IMG/VR virus record: IMGVR_UViG_3300031673_000011
Location: 22,567 to 86,566 of that record
DNA: 64,000 nucleotides
Source: a virus
Direction: 5' to 3' (one strand)
A program made the position numbers and the translations under genes. The notes under the pieces are model-generated. The model saw only the letters and a program-made list of their open reading frames with translations, had not been told where the DNA came from and searched no databases. This document shows positions 30,744 to 41,913 of the stretch, in pieces. Position 1 is the stretch's first letter. Every line of letters begins with the position of its first letter.

Positions 30744-31307
30744 ATGATAGGAATAGGATTTATAATTTTAGCAACATTCTTGTTTTTAATATTTGTATCA
30801 ATAGGTGGGGTAGTATCTTCATATAATGGATTTGTAACATTAACACAAGATATTAGAACACAATTTTCAAATATTATAACAGAATATCAGAGAAGAACAG
30901 ATTTATTCTATAACTTGGTTCAATCAGTTAAATCTTTTAAGACACACGAAAAGTCTACCTTAAAGGAAGTAATTGAAGCAAGGAATATGAGCTTTGGACA
31001 ATCAAAGAAACAAGACATAAAAAATATGGCTAAACTTGATGGATTGTTTTCAAAACTGTTAGCAGTAGTTGAACAATATCCAAACTTAAAAGCAGATACA
31101 CAGCATAATAAGTTAATGGATGAGATAAGAATAACAGAAGATAGAGTAAATATTTCAAGAACAGACTATAATAATATAGTGAATACTTATAATGTAAAAG
31201 TTAAAAGATTCCCAAGTAATATTATAGCAGGAATGTTCAACTTTGATTTAGAAGGATATTTTAAAGGTCAAGAAGGAATAGAACAATCTCCAAAAATAAG
31301 TTTATAA
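30744..31307 (+). CDS. lemA: LemA family protein
   Basis: SYN..V, YQRR.DL..NLV.SVK...HEK.TL, VEQYPNLKAD, YN.KVKRFPSNIIAGMFNF. Confidence 0.93.
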   Translation: MIGIGFIILATFLFLIFVSIGGVVSSYNGFVTLTQDIRTQFSNIITEYQRRTDLFYNLVQSVKSFKTHEKSTLKEVIEARNMSFGQSKKQDIKNMAKLDGLFSKLLAVVEQYPNLKADTQHNKLMDEIRITEDRVNISRTDYNNIVNTYNVKVKRFPSNIIAGMFNFDLEGYFKGQEGIEQSPKISL

Positions 31308-31399
31308 GATGGAAGAAAAAAATGATTCAATTAAGCACTATGAAAAACTTAGAGATAAGTTTACCAATAGGGAACAAGATGAATCAGATGAAATAGAAG

Positions 31400-31822
31400 A
31401 TGAATAAATTTATTTTAATAGGGAGTGGAATTATCCTTCTTGGTTTTTTTATTTTATTATTTTTAGTTTTTAAAGCAAGAAAGAAACATAAAGCAATAAA
31501 GCATTATGAAGAGTTGAGAGATAAGTTATCTGTTAGAGAATTAGAAAAAGAGACTGGAATAACAGAAGATGAATATAATAATTATAATGGATCTAGTGTA
31601 GGTAGTATAATTCGTGGATTTATTGTTTTGTTAGTTGGAGTTAGTTTAATGAAACCAATTCAAGAGCAATTAGGTATTGCAGTTACAAATGGAGAATTAA
31701 CTGGGGTGTCCCAGCAATTAGTAAACTTAGTTCCAATATTTTTTGCTGGAACAATTTTAATAATTGTATTAGGAATTGTAGTAAATGGTTTTGGTGGTTT
31801 AAAAAGTTCTGGATTGGTTTAA
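31400..31822 (+). CDS. spindle-shaped-virus major-capsid-like protein with extra N-terminal TM
   Basis: GSIIRGFIVLLVGVSLMKPIQEQL...LTGVSQQLVNLVPIFFAGTILIIV resembles the fusellovirus VP1 two-helix hairpin. Confidence 0.65.
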   Translation: MNKFILIGSGIILLGFFILLFLVFKARKKHKAIKHYEELRDKLSVRELEKETGITEDEYNNYNGSSVGSIIRGFIVLLVGVSLMKPIQEQLGIAVTNGELTGVSQQLVNLVPIFFAGTILIIVLGIVVNGFGGLKSSGLV

Positions 31823-31937
31823 ATTTATTGGAAAAGATTAACAAGATTATTATAAATGGTTCAAGGAGTAAATTGTTACCCCTTTTGAGTGATTAGAAAG
31901 ATTTATAAACTTGAATTAACTAAGAAATATAGAAAAA

Positions 31938-32306
31938 ATGGTAAATGCTCTGGTTTGGGTTTTAATTGTAATAGTTTTATTAGTCTCACTTGATAAAATA
32001 ATTACTGTTGCGAACATTTTACAAGTCGAGAAAAACTTCCCAGAAGTTGATAGATATTCAATTGAAAAAAATCCTGTAGCAAAATTCTTCTTTGTAAAAT
32101 GTGGATTATTGGGTGGAACAATTATATATGGGATTCTTTCTGTTTTAACCTTTATATTAGCATTAGTCCTCCTTGAATGGACATTAAAATTGTTTGGTGT
32201 TGTTAATGCCCAATCAATTTCCTTATATATTATGATGCTATTATATGGTCTTGTTATCTCTAATAATCTCTTCTTTTTTTTAAAGTACTCTCGTATAGTT
32301 CCATAA
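31938..32306 (+). CDS. membrane protein (D..T..EKNP motif, DUF5658-like)
   Basis: LDKIIT...EKNPVAKF, three TM helices. Confidence 0.65.
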   Translation: MVNALVWVLIVIVLLVSLDKIITVANILQVEKNFPEVDRYSIEKNPVAKFFFVKCGLLGGTIIYGILSVLTFILALVLLEWTLKLFGVVNAQSISLYIMMLLYGLVISNNLFFFLKYSRIVP

Positions 32307-32428
32307 AATAAAATGAAAAAGAAATGTAAAGTGTGTAAAAAATTAAGAGAAATAGAATACGAATTTGCAAATAAGAAAGATAATCAATGTGTATTTTGTA
32401 ATGATAAATATAGGGTAAAAAAGAAAAA

Positions 32429-33004
32429 ATGAGTTTAATTAATAAATTTTTAAGGAAAAGGGGATATGCTATTATAAAACTTAAAGTTGGTATGACGAGA
32501 GGTTCTGTTAAATATGCTAAAGATTATTTTTCAAATGGAGAAATAGATGTAGTAGAAATAGGAGTGTTTGAAGGAACAAATGCTAATAGTATGTTAAAAG
32601 AATTAAATATAAATAACATAATTCTTATTGACCCTTATCTTTATGAACCTAATAGTTATTCCTATAAGGATATTGTTAATGCAGAGAGAAAGGCAGGAAA
32701 ACTATTAAGGTCTTATAAGAATATTAAATGGATAAAAGATAAATCTGAAAATGTCTATAATGAAGTTGGGCATCCAGATTTTATTTATGTTGATGGCAGT
32801 CATAAATATGAAGATGTTAAAAAAGATATAAGTCTTTATTATAATGTTTTAAAAGTTGGTGGAATAATAGCAGGGGATGATTTAACCCTGCCAGGTGTTT
32901 CAAAAGCATTTTGGGAATTTGTATATACAAACAAAATTAAATTGGAAAATGTTTTTTATTCGGATACAGATACAGATTGGTGGATAATAAAGGATGGGAA
33001 ATAG
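32429..33004 (+). CDS. class I SAM methyltransferase, paralog of 27343
   Basis: KYAKDYF, VEIGVFEG, DFIYVDGSH, DWWIIK. Confidence 0.88.
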   Translation: MSLINKFLRKRGYAIIKLKVGMTRGSVKYAKDYFSNGEIDVVEIGVFEGTNANSMLKELNINNIILIDPYLYEPNSYSYKDIVNAERKAGKLLRSYKNIKWIKDKSENVYNEVGHPDFIYVDGSHKYEDVKKDISLYYNVLKVGGIIAGDDLTLPGVSKAFWEFVYTNKIKLENVFYSDTDTDWWIIKDGK

Positions 33005-33009
33005 ATAAA

Positions 33010-34901
33010 ATGAAACAAGAACAAGAACTTAAAAACAAAATAGCAAAGAATCAAATGAAGCATGTTATTAAATTAATGGAAATGGCTAAAGAGGAAGGAA
33101 GACTTCAAGTACAATCAAAATTTATTAATGTGAAAGAAGATAGAAAAGCCATTAAAGATATTATTTATAAAAATCTTAAATTAATAGAAATGGCAGGAAA
33201 TAAGGAAGGTATTTGCCAGGAATTAGCTGATGGCATTTTATTGCATTTTATAGAAAAAGGAAAGAATAAAAAATGGAAACTGATGAAAGAACAGAGGGGT
33301 TAGAAGAAATATACAAGTATGTTTATACTTGTGATAAATGCACAACAAAATATGGTTCAGATAAGAAGGAATTAAAAGAACATATTTGCCCTATCTGCGA
33401 AAAAAAAGAATAAAAATATCTTTATTTTTATAAATGTTACTACTTTATAGTGATTAGAAAAGTTTATAAACCCTTGTTTCCTATTACATTTTAGGTTACT
33501 ACTATAAAATGACTATTGGAAGGTTTAAATAATGACTCTATTTAACATACTATCTTGTCGTGGATTTGGTGCAGAGGTTATTGAAAAAACAACACTTCAA
33601 TTTGGACCTTGTGCTGCTGCAAAGCTTGCCATAGTAGGATTATTTTTCTTGAATGCTATAGTAAGAAAATGGGGTGGCGAGGAACTCGGAATTGAATATA
33701 ATTTTTGGTTAGGTATGGCAGGAGCTTTCCTTGGATACCTTATACTAATTACTCTTACAGGAAAAGTTGGACTATCAATGATTGTAGGAATTGTTGTAAT
33801 GCTTATTGGAGGATACTTTGGAGGAAGTATTCTTGGAGAAGGTGGAGGAGAATATGATGATTGAAAAACTTAAAGAACCAATAGAAATAAAACTTGAACA
33901 ATATGAATGTGGACATTGCAAAAAGAAATCATATATAAATACAGAAGATAAAACAGCAAGAAAATTCTTCTGTCCCTTTTGTATGGAAGAAGCAAAGAAT
34001 GTTAGAATCTTTGATATAAAAATTGAAGGAATTGGAGAATACTGAAATGGAGAAAGAAGAAATGAATAAAAAAGAAGATTTAATAAAGGAAAAATATTTA
34101 CTTTATACTTTTTGGAGTTTAGGTTCTTTATTTGGAGTTATATCTTTTTTTCAATTATTTTTACCAAACAAACCAATACTAATTATTTTTTTATTACCTT
34201 TCATATATTTTACTTGTCTTAATGCATTAAAAATGGTTGGATTTTTTAGGACAAAGGATGAAAAATGATTGATTTAACAATAGCTAATAGTTGTGATAAA
34301 TTTATTTGTATGAGCTTTGATATTGGTTCTATTATAATTGGAATGTGTCTCGGAGTAATATTGATATATATTTTATTTAGAAAAAAATTGATGAGGAAGA
34401 AAGAATGAAAACAAATAATACTTTAAATCTTATATTATTTACAATAATGCTTATAGCATTTATTGGATGTATAATTTATATAGGTGAAAAAGCTGAAAAA
34501 GTAAATAAAATAATTTATGAGAATCCCAACATTGATTTTTATTATTATTGTCCAGACCATTTTGTAAGTGCATATTATAATTGTGAAAAGGGATTTACTT
34601 ATGAAAATTTAACTGGCAAATATTGTAATGGTACTTTAGTCTGCGAAAACGAGTATAAACTAAAATGAAAATAAAAAAGTATATGGATAAAACCTATAAA
34701 TTAGCTTTAGCAATTTCTTTCCTAAGTTATACAGCAAGTTTTTATTTAACACTTGTATTTTTTGGTTGGAAAGCAGCTTTAATATTAGTATTATTTGCTT
34801 TAGGATTATCTGGAATAATCATTTGGTATATACTATTACCAGAAATATATAAAAATATAGATGAAATAGATAAATTAAAAAAGAGAAAACAAAAAAGATG
34901 A
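33010..34901 (+). other. cluster of small ORFs, mainly membrane proteins plus a Zn ribbon (33857-34045)
   Basis: ORF track; class-A promoters at 33436 and 33495. Confidence 0.6.
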
Positions 34902-35548
34902 AAACAAAAGAACCTAAAGAAAATATGACAAACAAAAAGAAAAAGATTGAAAAAACAATAATTGAAGTGTGTATCAAAATAGCAAAACATAATGGAGGAG
35001 CATTAATCATATTAGGAGAAGCAAAATACAAGCCAATGGTAAATCAGGAAGATGTTAAGCACTTCAAAATAATAGAAAATCCAAAACTCCTACAATCTCT
35101 TGCAACAATTGATGGAGCTGTAATAATAAATAAAGATGGAGTAATGGAAGCACATGGAGTAAAAGTTGATGCAGATAAAATTTTAAAGAATTTTGGAACA
35201 AGACATGCTACTGCTTATAGTGTATCTTTTAATAAGTCCACAACTGCTTTTTTAGTTTCAAAAGGAGACGGTAAAGTTAAAATATTCAAAAAAGGAAACA
35301 TAGTTCAAATTGATGCTTTTGAAAGAGGAGTAGAAAAAAAGATACCAGAAATAAGTAAAATTCTTGAAGCACTGGGTGTTGGAAGTATTGGAGTAATTGG
35401 AATGGGTATTTTAACACCAATTATTGGAATTGCTGCTATTCCTGGAATAACAATCTTTGTGCTTGTTGGAGGAATTTATTATTTAATTAAAAAAGCAGAC
35501 GAATGGGGAGAAATTAATATAAAAACAAAGGAAGAAAAAATTAAATGA
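34898..35548 (+). CDS. DisA_N/DAC (diadenylate cyclase-like) domain protein with C-terminal TM
   Basis: GGALIILG, LATIDGAVII, FGTRHATA, LVS..DGKVKIF. Confidence 0.82.
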   Translation: MKTKEPKENMTNKKKKIEKTIIEVCIKIAKHNGGALIILGEAKYKPMVNQEDVKHFKIIENPKLLQSLATIDGAVIINKDGVMEAHGVKVDADKILKNFGTRHATAYSVSFNKSTTAFLVSKGDGKVKIFKKGNIVQIDAFERGVEKKIPEISKILEALGVGSIGVIGMGILTPIIGIAAIPGITIFVLVGGIYYLIKKADEWGEINIKTKEEKIK

Positions 35549-36976
35549 GTAAAACAAAGAAACCTAAAGAAAAATACCGCTATTGCCTACCCAATTTTTT
35601 AGCAAAGGGGATGGCAAAAGTGGATTTTCGTGCCCAAATGCAAGCGGGAATGCTCTCGCAGTTTTTACTTCTTATTGGACTAAGCATAATGGTTGTTTTT
35701 ATGATTTTTTCTGGACAAACAACTGGCTTTTACAAATTCATAGTTATATTTAATCTTCTTTGCGGGTGGCTTTTAATTTCAAGTTATCTCGTAACTACCT
35801 ACGGTCAATATGTAAGTTATGCAGAAGCGATAGGGTACGACCCACAAGCAGAAAGAGCAGCAGTTAAAAAACAAGGGAATATATTTAAAAGAATTAGAAA
35901 TGCTATAAGGAGAAGGAAGGAAAGAAAAAATAAAATATTAGTCTCAGGATTAGTTCCAAGTATTGTAAAGGATGCTCTAGAGAATATGGAGAAGATGGAA
36001 GAAATTCCAAAGGGGCTTGAAGAACAAAAAGAAAATGAAGAAACTAAATAAAAAATCTAAAAATAGTTTAATAGAATCAAAAGGAGGTAAAGAAATGGAC
36101 GAAGAATACGAAGATATAGAAAGCGAAATGGATGATCTAGAAGAAGAGATAGAGGAAGCACCTAAAAAGAAGAATCCAGCAAAAAAACAACAAAGAATGG
36201 TTGAAGAAAAAGAGGAACAACAACCAGAAGAAAGATATGTTGCTTTTTATCAGGAACAACAAATAGGAATTTATGATACAATAACAAAAGAAGTTATTGT
36301 TGATGGTTTAAAAGATCTACCAATAGCTAAAATAGAAGCTTTCAAGTTAAACAAGCTTGATAAAATAGAAATCGCTAGCGGAGCATAAATAAAATGAAAA
36401 AGAAAATTCCTAAAATGAAAGTCTCAAAAAGTTTTAAAAAACCATTGACTAAAGAACAAAGAAAAAGTACATGGACTTTTTTTATAATTTTATTTCCTTC
36501 TGTTATTTTAGCAATGCTTTTGGCTTTTAAGAGAACAACTGAATTTATTATAGTTGGATTGCTTTTGTTTTTTTATCAAGCAATTGTACTAAAGAAATTC
36601 ACTGAAGATTATTATAATTTAACTATTTAATTTCTTTTTAATTTTCATAGAAGCATAGAAGATGATAAAATTAGTATTTACGAGAATAAGAGAAACATTC
36701 ACCATAGAAGTTGAAAACAAAATTATAGTATATAGGGATAAGAAATTTCCTAGGGGGTTTACTTTTATGCCAAAAAAACCTGATTTTGAAAAAATGGTTT
36801 TGTTTTCTAGGAATAGAATTCCAAAAGAAGTTGTAAGTTGGGTAAACGAGTCTAACTCTGGAAGGAATCTAGAAGAGTACCAATCTGCTAAAGATGATGA
36901 GGAATTAATTCCCATAATTATAAAAGATGCAAAAATTAATGGATGTGTTTTTCAGAATCGTATAAATTTAAAATGA
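35545..36976 (+). other. four hypothetical ORFs (35545, ~36095, 36394, 36662), two with TM pairs
   Basis: ORF track, tight packing. Confidence 0.65.
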
Positions 36977-38106
36977 CAAAAAAAGGATATAAACAAACAG
37001 AAAAACATAAACAAAAGATTGGTAAATCTAATAAAGGAAAAAAACTTTCTAAAGAAACTAAACTAAAAATGAGTGAAACACATAAGAGACTTAAAAAACC
37101 TTGGGTTAAAGGGATGTTTAAAGGGAAAAAACATTCTAAAAAAGCCAAAATGAAAATTAGTAATGCATTAAAAGGAAATAAACATCGTTTAGGAAATAAA
37201 GTTTCAAAAGAAACAAGAAAAAAAATAAGTGAGAAACTTAAAGGTAAAATTGTATCAGAAAAAGTTATGGAAAGAATGGTTAAAGATAATCCAGCGAAAA
37301 AATTAGAAGTTAGAAAAAAAATAAGTGAAAATCATCGAAGTAAAAGAGGATATCTTCCCCCTATGCTAGGAAAAAAACATTCTAAAAAGACCAAAGAAAA
37401 AATGAGTAAGGCTTGTAGTGGAAAGAAAAACCATATGTATGGAAAAGAAAATAAATGGGGACACCATTCAAAAGAAACAAAAGAAAAGTTAAGAAAGATG
37501 AGTTTGGAACAATTTAAAAATGGAATTTCAGAAGAAACAAGAAAAAAATTAAGTGAAGCAAATAAGGGAGAAAAGAACTTTTGGTATGGAAAAAAAGGAG
37601 AAAATAGTTCAAGATATGGTAAACATTGTTCAAAAGAAACTAAGAAGAAAATGAGTGAAGCAAGTAAAGGAAAAAAGAAATCAGAAGAAACTAGAATAAA
37701 AATGAGTAAAGCTAAAAAAGGAAAGCATTTATCAGAAGAAAGAAAGAGAAAACTAAGATTATCTACAATAAAATACTTAGAAAAACAATTTAACGATGGA
37801 TTTCCAATGATTCCAGCAATTGGTAAAAACGAAAAAGCAATACTTGATGAAATTGAAGAGTTATATAATTACAAAATTATAAGACAATATAAAATTAAAA
37901 AATTAGGTTACTTTGTTGATGGATATATACCAAAATTAAATTTGGTTATTGAAATAGATGAAGAAAGACATTTTAATATTGATGGTAAATTAAAAGAAAA
38001 GGATATTGAAAGACAAAAAGAAATTGAAAAAGAGCTTAATTGTAAATTTTTAAGAATTAAAGATAATAAATTAAATAATTGCATGTTCCAAGGAATAAGA
38101 AATTAA
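36973..38106 (+). CDS. NUMOD3-repeat protein with DUF559/Vsr-like endonuclease domain (homing-endonuclease-like)
   Basis: Many GKKHSKETK.KMS repeats; C-terminal YFVDGY..LVIEIDE..H...D.ERQ. Confidence 0.88.
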   Translation: MTKKGYKQTEKHKQKIGKSNKGKKLSKETKLKMSETHKRLKKPWVKGMFKGKKHSKKAKMKISNALKGNKHRLGNKVSKETRKKISEKLKGKIVSEKVMERMVKDNPAKKLEVRKKISENHRSKRGYLPPMLGKKHSKKTKEKMSKACSGKKNHMYGKENKWGHHSKETKEKLRKMSLEQFKNGISEETRKKLSEANKGEKNFWYGKKGENSSRYGKHCSKETKKKMSEASKGKKKSEETRIKMSKAKKGKHLSEERKRKLRLSTIKYLEKQFNDGFPMIPAIGKNEKAILDEIEELYNYKIIRQYKIKKLGYFVDGYIPKLNLVIEIDEERHFNIDGKLKEKDIERQKEIEKELNCKFLRIKDNKLNNCMFQGIRN

Positions 38107-38107
38107 A

Positions 38108-38925
38108 ATGACATTGGATGAAGTATTAAATGTTTTAGTTCCTGCAATTATCTTTATATTTTTAGGTGTGCTCATTTATAGTAAAGCAAAGAAACCAATA
38201 GATAACTTTTTTGCAGTAGTTAAAGGTTGGTTTCAACCAAGTGAATCTGGTGGGGGAAAAGAAGAACAATCAACAGAATATAAAATAAGTTATAGAGAAC
38301 CAGCTTACTAAAATGAAACAAAATAAGACATTAAAAGAAAAATGGAATGAAGTAGATGAAGTATGTTCTACTTGTGGGCAAGTAACAAAAGTTAATCGGG
38401 GATTAACTAAACAGAATATAAAAAAAATGTTTAAAAGACCAACAATACAAGATTGTATAATTCTTATTATGATTATTTTAGTAATACTTGGAGCTTTATC
38501 ATATCAAAATGAAGTAAAACAATATAAAGAGATAATTAGAAACCCCCAGGAATTATGTCAAATTTACTACGAAAGTATTATAAGGGGTAACTTTAATAAT
38601 CTCGATGCTTCTGATATCCCAAACATTAAAATAATTGAAAATGAAGAAACCAGCTAGAGATGTACCCTTAATATATATATTTCTATATCAAAAAGCTAAA
38701 AAAAATCTAGTAGGAACACCATTCGTAAGACCTTCTTACCTACTTGAAATCTTAAAAAGAACATGCAGAATTCCACATGTTTTAAACTACCCTATTTTAA
38801 AAGATATGGAGACTTGGGAATTAATAAAGAGAATCAACAAACAGAGTTATGAAGTTCTTAATCATTCCTGTACTAATAAATTAAAACAATATCACTTCAA
38901 ATCAGATCGAAGTCCTTTTGACTGA
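38108..38925 (+). other. three small ORFs ending the + block (38108, 38313, 38641)
   Basis: ORF track. Confidence 0.6.
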
Positions 38926-39056
38926 GATTAATTATGGAAAGTTGTATGCTTTTCTGCAAAAAATGCCAGAAATGTAGGGGTTGTTATAAGGACAAAAATC
39001 TTTGGATATGTTCAGGATGTGGAAGGGAGGTTGAAAAAGAAGAAAAACCTAAATGA

Positions 39057-40787
39057 CTAATTCAAACCAAAATTTATTATTAAGTTTCGTAATATTTGTG
39101 GGTCAATTAAACCTCTTTTTTTAATCCAATCATCTGTTAATATCTCAACTTTATTATGACATTCAATACACAAATAAATTATATTTTCCTTATTATCTCC
39201 TCCTCCATTCGCTCTTGGGATAATGTGATGTAGACTAATGGCATTTCTTTTTAAACATCTTGGGCATAAATTATTAACATAAATACTCTGAAATTTAAGT
39301 AAGTGATATTTTTTAAAATTATCAACAATTTTTATAAATTTCTCCCAACTATTAAAGTAATTTGTAACTAATTTTTTGTCTATCTCATTAAATTGATTTT
39401 CTAAAAATTTAGAAATTAGCTTTTGTTGTCTTATTTGTTTTGGTTTAACATTTTCTCCCATAATATACCATAATTCTTGAATACCGATATGATAAAGAAA
39501 ATCTTGAATTGTTTTATTTCCATAAATTAAAATTTCTTCTTCAAAAGGGATTTTTTTATAATTTTTATTGATTTCTTTTTTTATCTTAAGATACTCTCTA
39601 ACAATTTCAAGAATATTCTTCATTAAAATTAATATTAGCTGTTGATTCATATCATCTTCAATTTTTTCTTCAAAATGAACTTCACAATCTATAGGATAAA
39701 TATAAGTTGGTTTTTTTATTAAACTATTAAAAAAATAAATATTTCCTGAAAGAACTTGTCTTACTTTATATGCCCCTGGATGATTTCCAACAAAATCTAA
39801 AATTAATGCTTTTTCTTTCTTTGGATGTTTTCTCAATGCTCTACCTATCTGTTGAAGAATTAACCCATATGACATCGAAGGTCTTAATAATAATATGGCA
39901 TCAGCATCTGGAAAATCAAGACCCTCATTAAATATATTTACAGTAAAAATTAATTTAAGGTTACCATTTTTAAATTTATTAAAAATTTTATCCCTTTCCT
40001 TTGTATCACAAGTAAATTCTTCACAATCAATTCCTTCTTTTTTAAAAAATTTTACACATCTTTTTACATGCTTTATACTATTACAAAACCCAATGGTTTT
40101 TTTATTAATAGCATACTTTTTATATTTTTCTATAATAGCAGAATCCCTCTCATCAATAAATAATCTTTTATCTAAATCTTTCCTGTTATAATCAATTTTT
40201 CCTTTTTTTATGTTTGTATAATCTATATTATCTTTAAAACCATAATAGAAAAATTTAGTTAAATATCCCCTTTTTATAGCATCATGTAAATTTCCAACTG
40301 TAATTAAATTATTATTAAACAATTCTATAACATCATTCTTATCTAACCTAAATGGAGTTGCTGTTAATCCCAAAAGAAATGATTGAAAGTAATCAATTAT
40401 ATTCTTATAAGTTTTTGCTGGAGAATGATGTGCCTCATCAATTATTATATAATCAAAAACAGATTTATTTAAATTCTTGTAATAGTTTTTTAATAATTGG
40501 ATTGTCACAAAATTAAATTTTTTCAAATTATCAAAACTCTTTTCATTTTTAATTAAATGTAAATTATCCTTTGTAATAAATTCGGAAAAAGCATTATAGG
40601 TTTGTTTTACAAGCTCATTATGATGTGCAACATAAAGAACACTCTTATAATTCATAGAATCTTTAATTGCTATTAAAGTCTTTCCAAGACCTGGAGGCAT
40701 ATTTATTAAAATTTTGTCTGCTCCTTTATCTTTTTCTACCTTAATTTGTTCTATTGCAATTTCTTGAAATGGATTAAGTTCTTTCAT
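39057..40787 (-). CDS. SF2 DEAH helicase (ResIII-like) with C-terminal HNH domain
   Basis: PPGLGKT, IIDEAHH, GLTATP, FNEGLDFP, QQIGRALR; CPRC..HHIIP..GG...N...LCIECH. Confidence 0.92.
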   Translation of the reverse strand: MKELNPFQEIAIEQIKVEKDKGADKILINMPPGLGKTLIAIKDSMNYKSVLYVAHHNELVKQTYNAFSEFITKDNLHLIKNEKSFDNLKKFNFVTIQLLKNYYKNLNKSVFDYIIIDEAHHSPAKTYKNIIDYFQSFLLGLTATPFRLDKNDVIELFNNNLITVGNLHDAIKRGYLTKFFYYGFKDNIDYTNIKKGKIDYNRKDLDKRLFIDERDSAIIEKYKKYAINKKTIGFCNSIKHVKRCVKFFKKEGIDCEEFTCDTKERDKIFNKFKNGNLKLIFTVNIFNEGLDFPDADAILLLRPSMSYGLILQQIGRALRKHPKKEKALILDFVGNHPGAYKVRQVLSGNIYFFNSLIKKPTYIYPIDCEVHFEEKIEDDMNQQLILILMKNILEIVREYLKIKKEINKNYKKIPFEEEILIYGNKTIQDFLYHIGIQELWYIMGENVKPKQIRQQKLISKFLENQFNEIDKKLVTNYFNSWEKFIKIVDNFKKYHLLKFQSIYVNNLCPRCLKRNAISLHHIIPRANGGGDNKENIIYLCIECHNKVEILTDDWIKKRGLIDPQILRNLIINFGLN

Positions 40788-41106
40788 CTTGTAAATTATG
40801 GAATATTTTAGTTACTACAATAGGATTTATCCCAAGAACTTCAGATATTTTCTCTATTGTTCTAGTCTTTTTTGGAATATAGTATCCAGATAATATCTTA
40901 GAACCCATTGACTTTTCAACTCCAAGCATTTGAGAAAATTTACCAATTGAACCACATCTTAAAATTGCAAAAGAACGCAAGTGTGAAAGGGGCACAAAAC
41001 TTACATCAATTTTGCTCTGATTACCCTTACTTTCACTTAAATGGGTGAATTTTCGTTGAATTTCATCTCTCTCGTGTTGGTCAACTTTAATGCTGTCTTC
41101 GTTCAT
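40774..41106 (-). CDS. XRE-like HTH protein
   Basis: IGKFSQMLGVEKSMGSKILSGYYIP...IEKISEVLG; minus-strand class-A promoter at 41179-41216. Confidence 0.7.
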   Translation of the reverse strand: MNEDSIKVDQHERDEIQRKFTHLSESKGNQSKIDVSFVPLSHLRSFAILRCGSIGKFSQMLGVEKSMGSKILSGYYIPKKTRTIEKISEVLGINPIVVTKIFHNLQDERT

Positions 41107-41220
41107 TTTAGCTTTTGAATAATTTAGTTATTATTTCAGAAAATTTAATGCTTTTATAACTATATTATTAAGTATTTACCCTTTATAAATCTTTCCCACC
41201 ACTTAATAGTAGTAACAATA

Positions 41221-41391
41221 TTAACCACTACTTACAGAATTATAAGCACCCAATCCTAAACCTATAGCTAATCCAGCTACAACTGCTAACCCTATCATCT
41301 TAGTCCCAGTCCAAGCAATTTTAGCAACCTCTTTTCCAGGGTTGTCACCATCTCCCCACAATGTAAATCCAGGTTTGTTTTTATTAGTCAT
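41221..41391 (-). CDS. small membrane protein (56 aa)
   Basis: MTNKNKPG...MIGLAVVAGLAIGLGLGAY..*; not in the ORF track. Confidence 0.6.
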   Translation of the reverse strand: MTNKNKPGFTLWGDGDNPGKEVAKIAWTGTKMIGLAVVAGLAIGLGLGAYNSVSSG

Positions 41392-41412
41392 CTTCTTCCT
41401 TTAATATTAATT

Positions 41413-41911
41413 CTATAAATTTAACTCGTCAATTAATTCTTCGGCTGTTAGAACTTTCTTTTTTGATTTTTTATAAATCATTTTAAAACCATAATCATCT
41501 TTAGTCATTTCATGCTCTTCACCTTGTCTCATTCTATCAAAAGGCTTGCAATCTCTAAAGTTTTTAACTCTATCCTTATCTGCATCCCCTAATGGTTTCA
41601 TTAAAGGAAACCTATCTTTAGATTGTTTCCAATTCAAATTAGTAATTGGTTGTGATAAACTAGGTTTAAAAAAACTACCTTTTGTCTTTCTCTTTTTCAT
41701 TTTAAGGTAATGCGTTAACCATTTCTGATGTTGCTCCGATTAAAGGAACCCCAACCATTATCTTAGTAAAACCCTTTATCATTTTCTTTGGTTTTTGCTT
41801 TTTCTTTCCTTTTAGACCTTTCTTACTTGGAAGCATCTTCATAGATTCTCCAAGTAATCCTAAACTCATTACACCAGGGATGATTCCTGCTACTGTTTTT
41901 GCTGTACTCAT
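41413..41911 (-). other. two small basic ORFs (41413-41700, 41702-41911), probably virion-associated
   Basis: Tight operon packing; GDADKD.V.N..DC.P.D motif in 41413. Confidence 0.6.
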
Positions 41912-41913
41912 TT

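Noticed and set aside
41335-41358. Possible self-target of guide 1 (GGA GAT GGT GAC AAC CCT GGA on the minus strand)
   Set aside because: Only the first four dinucleotides and one later one match; compatible with chance
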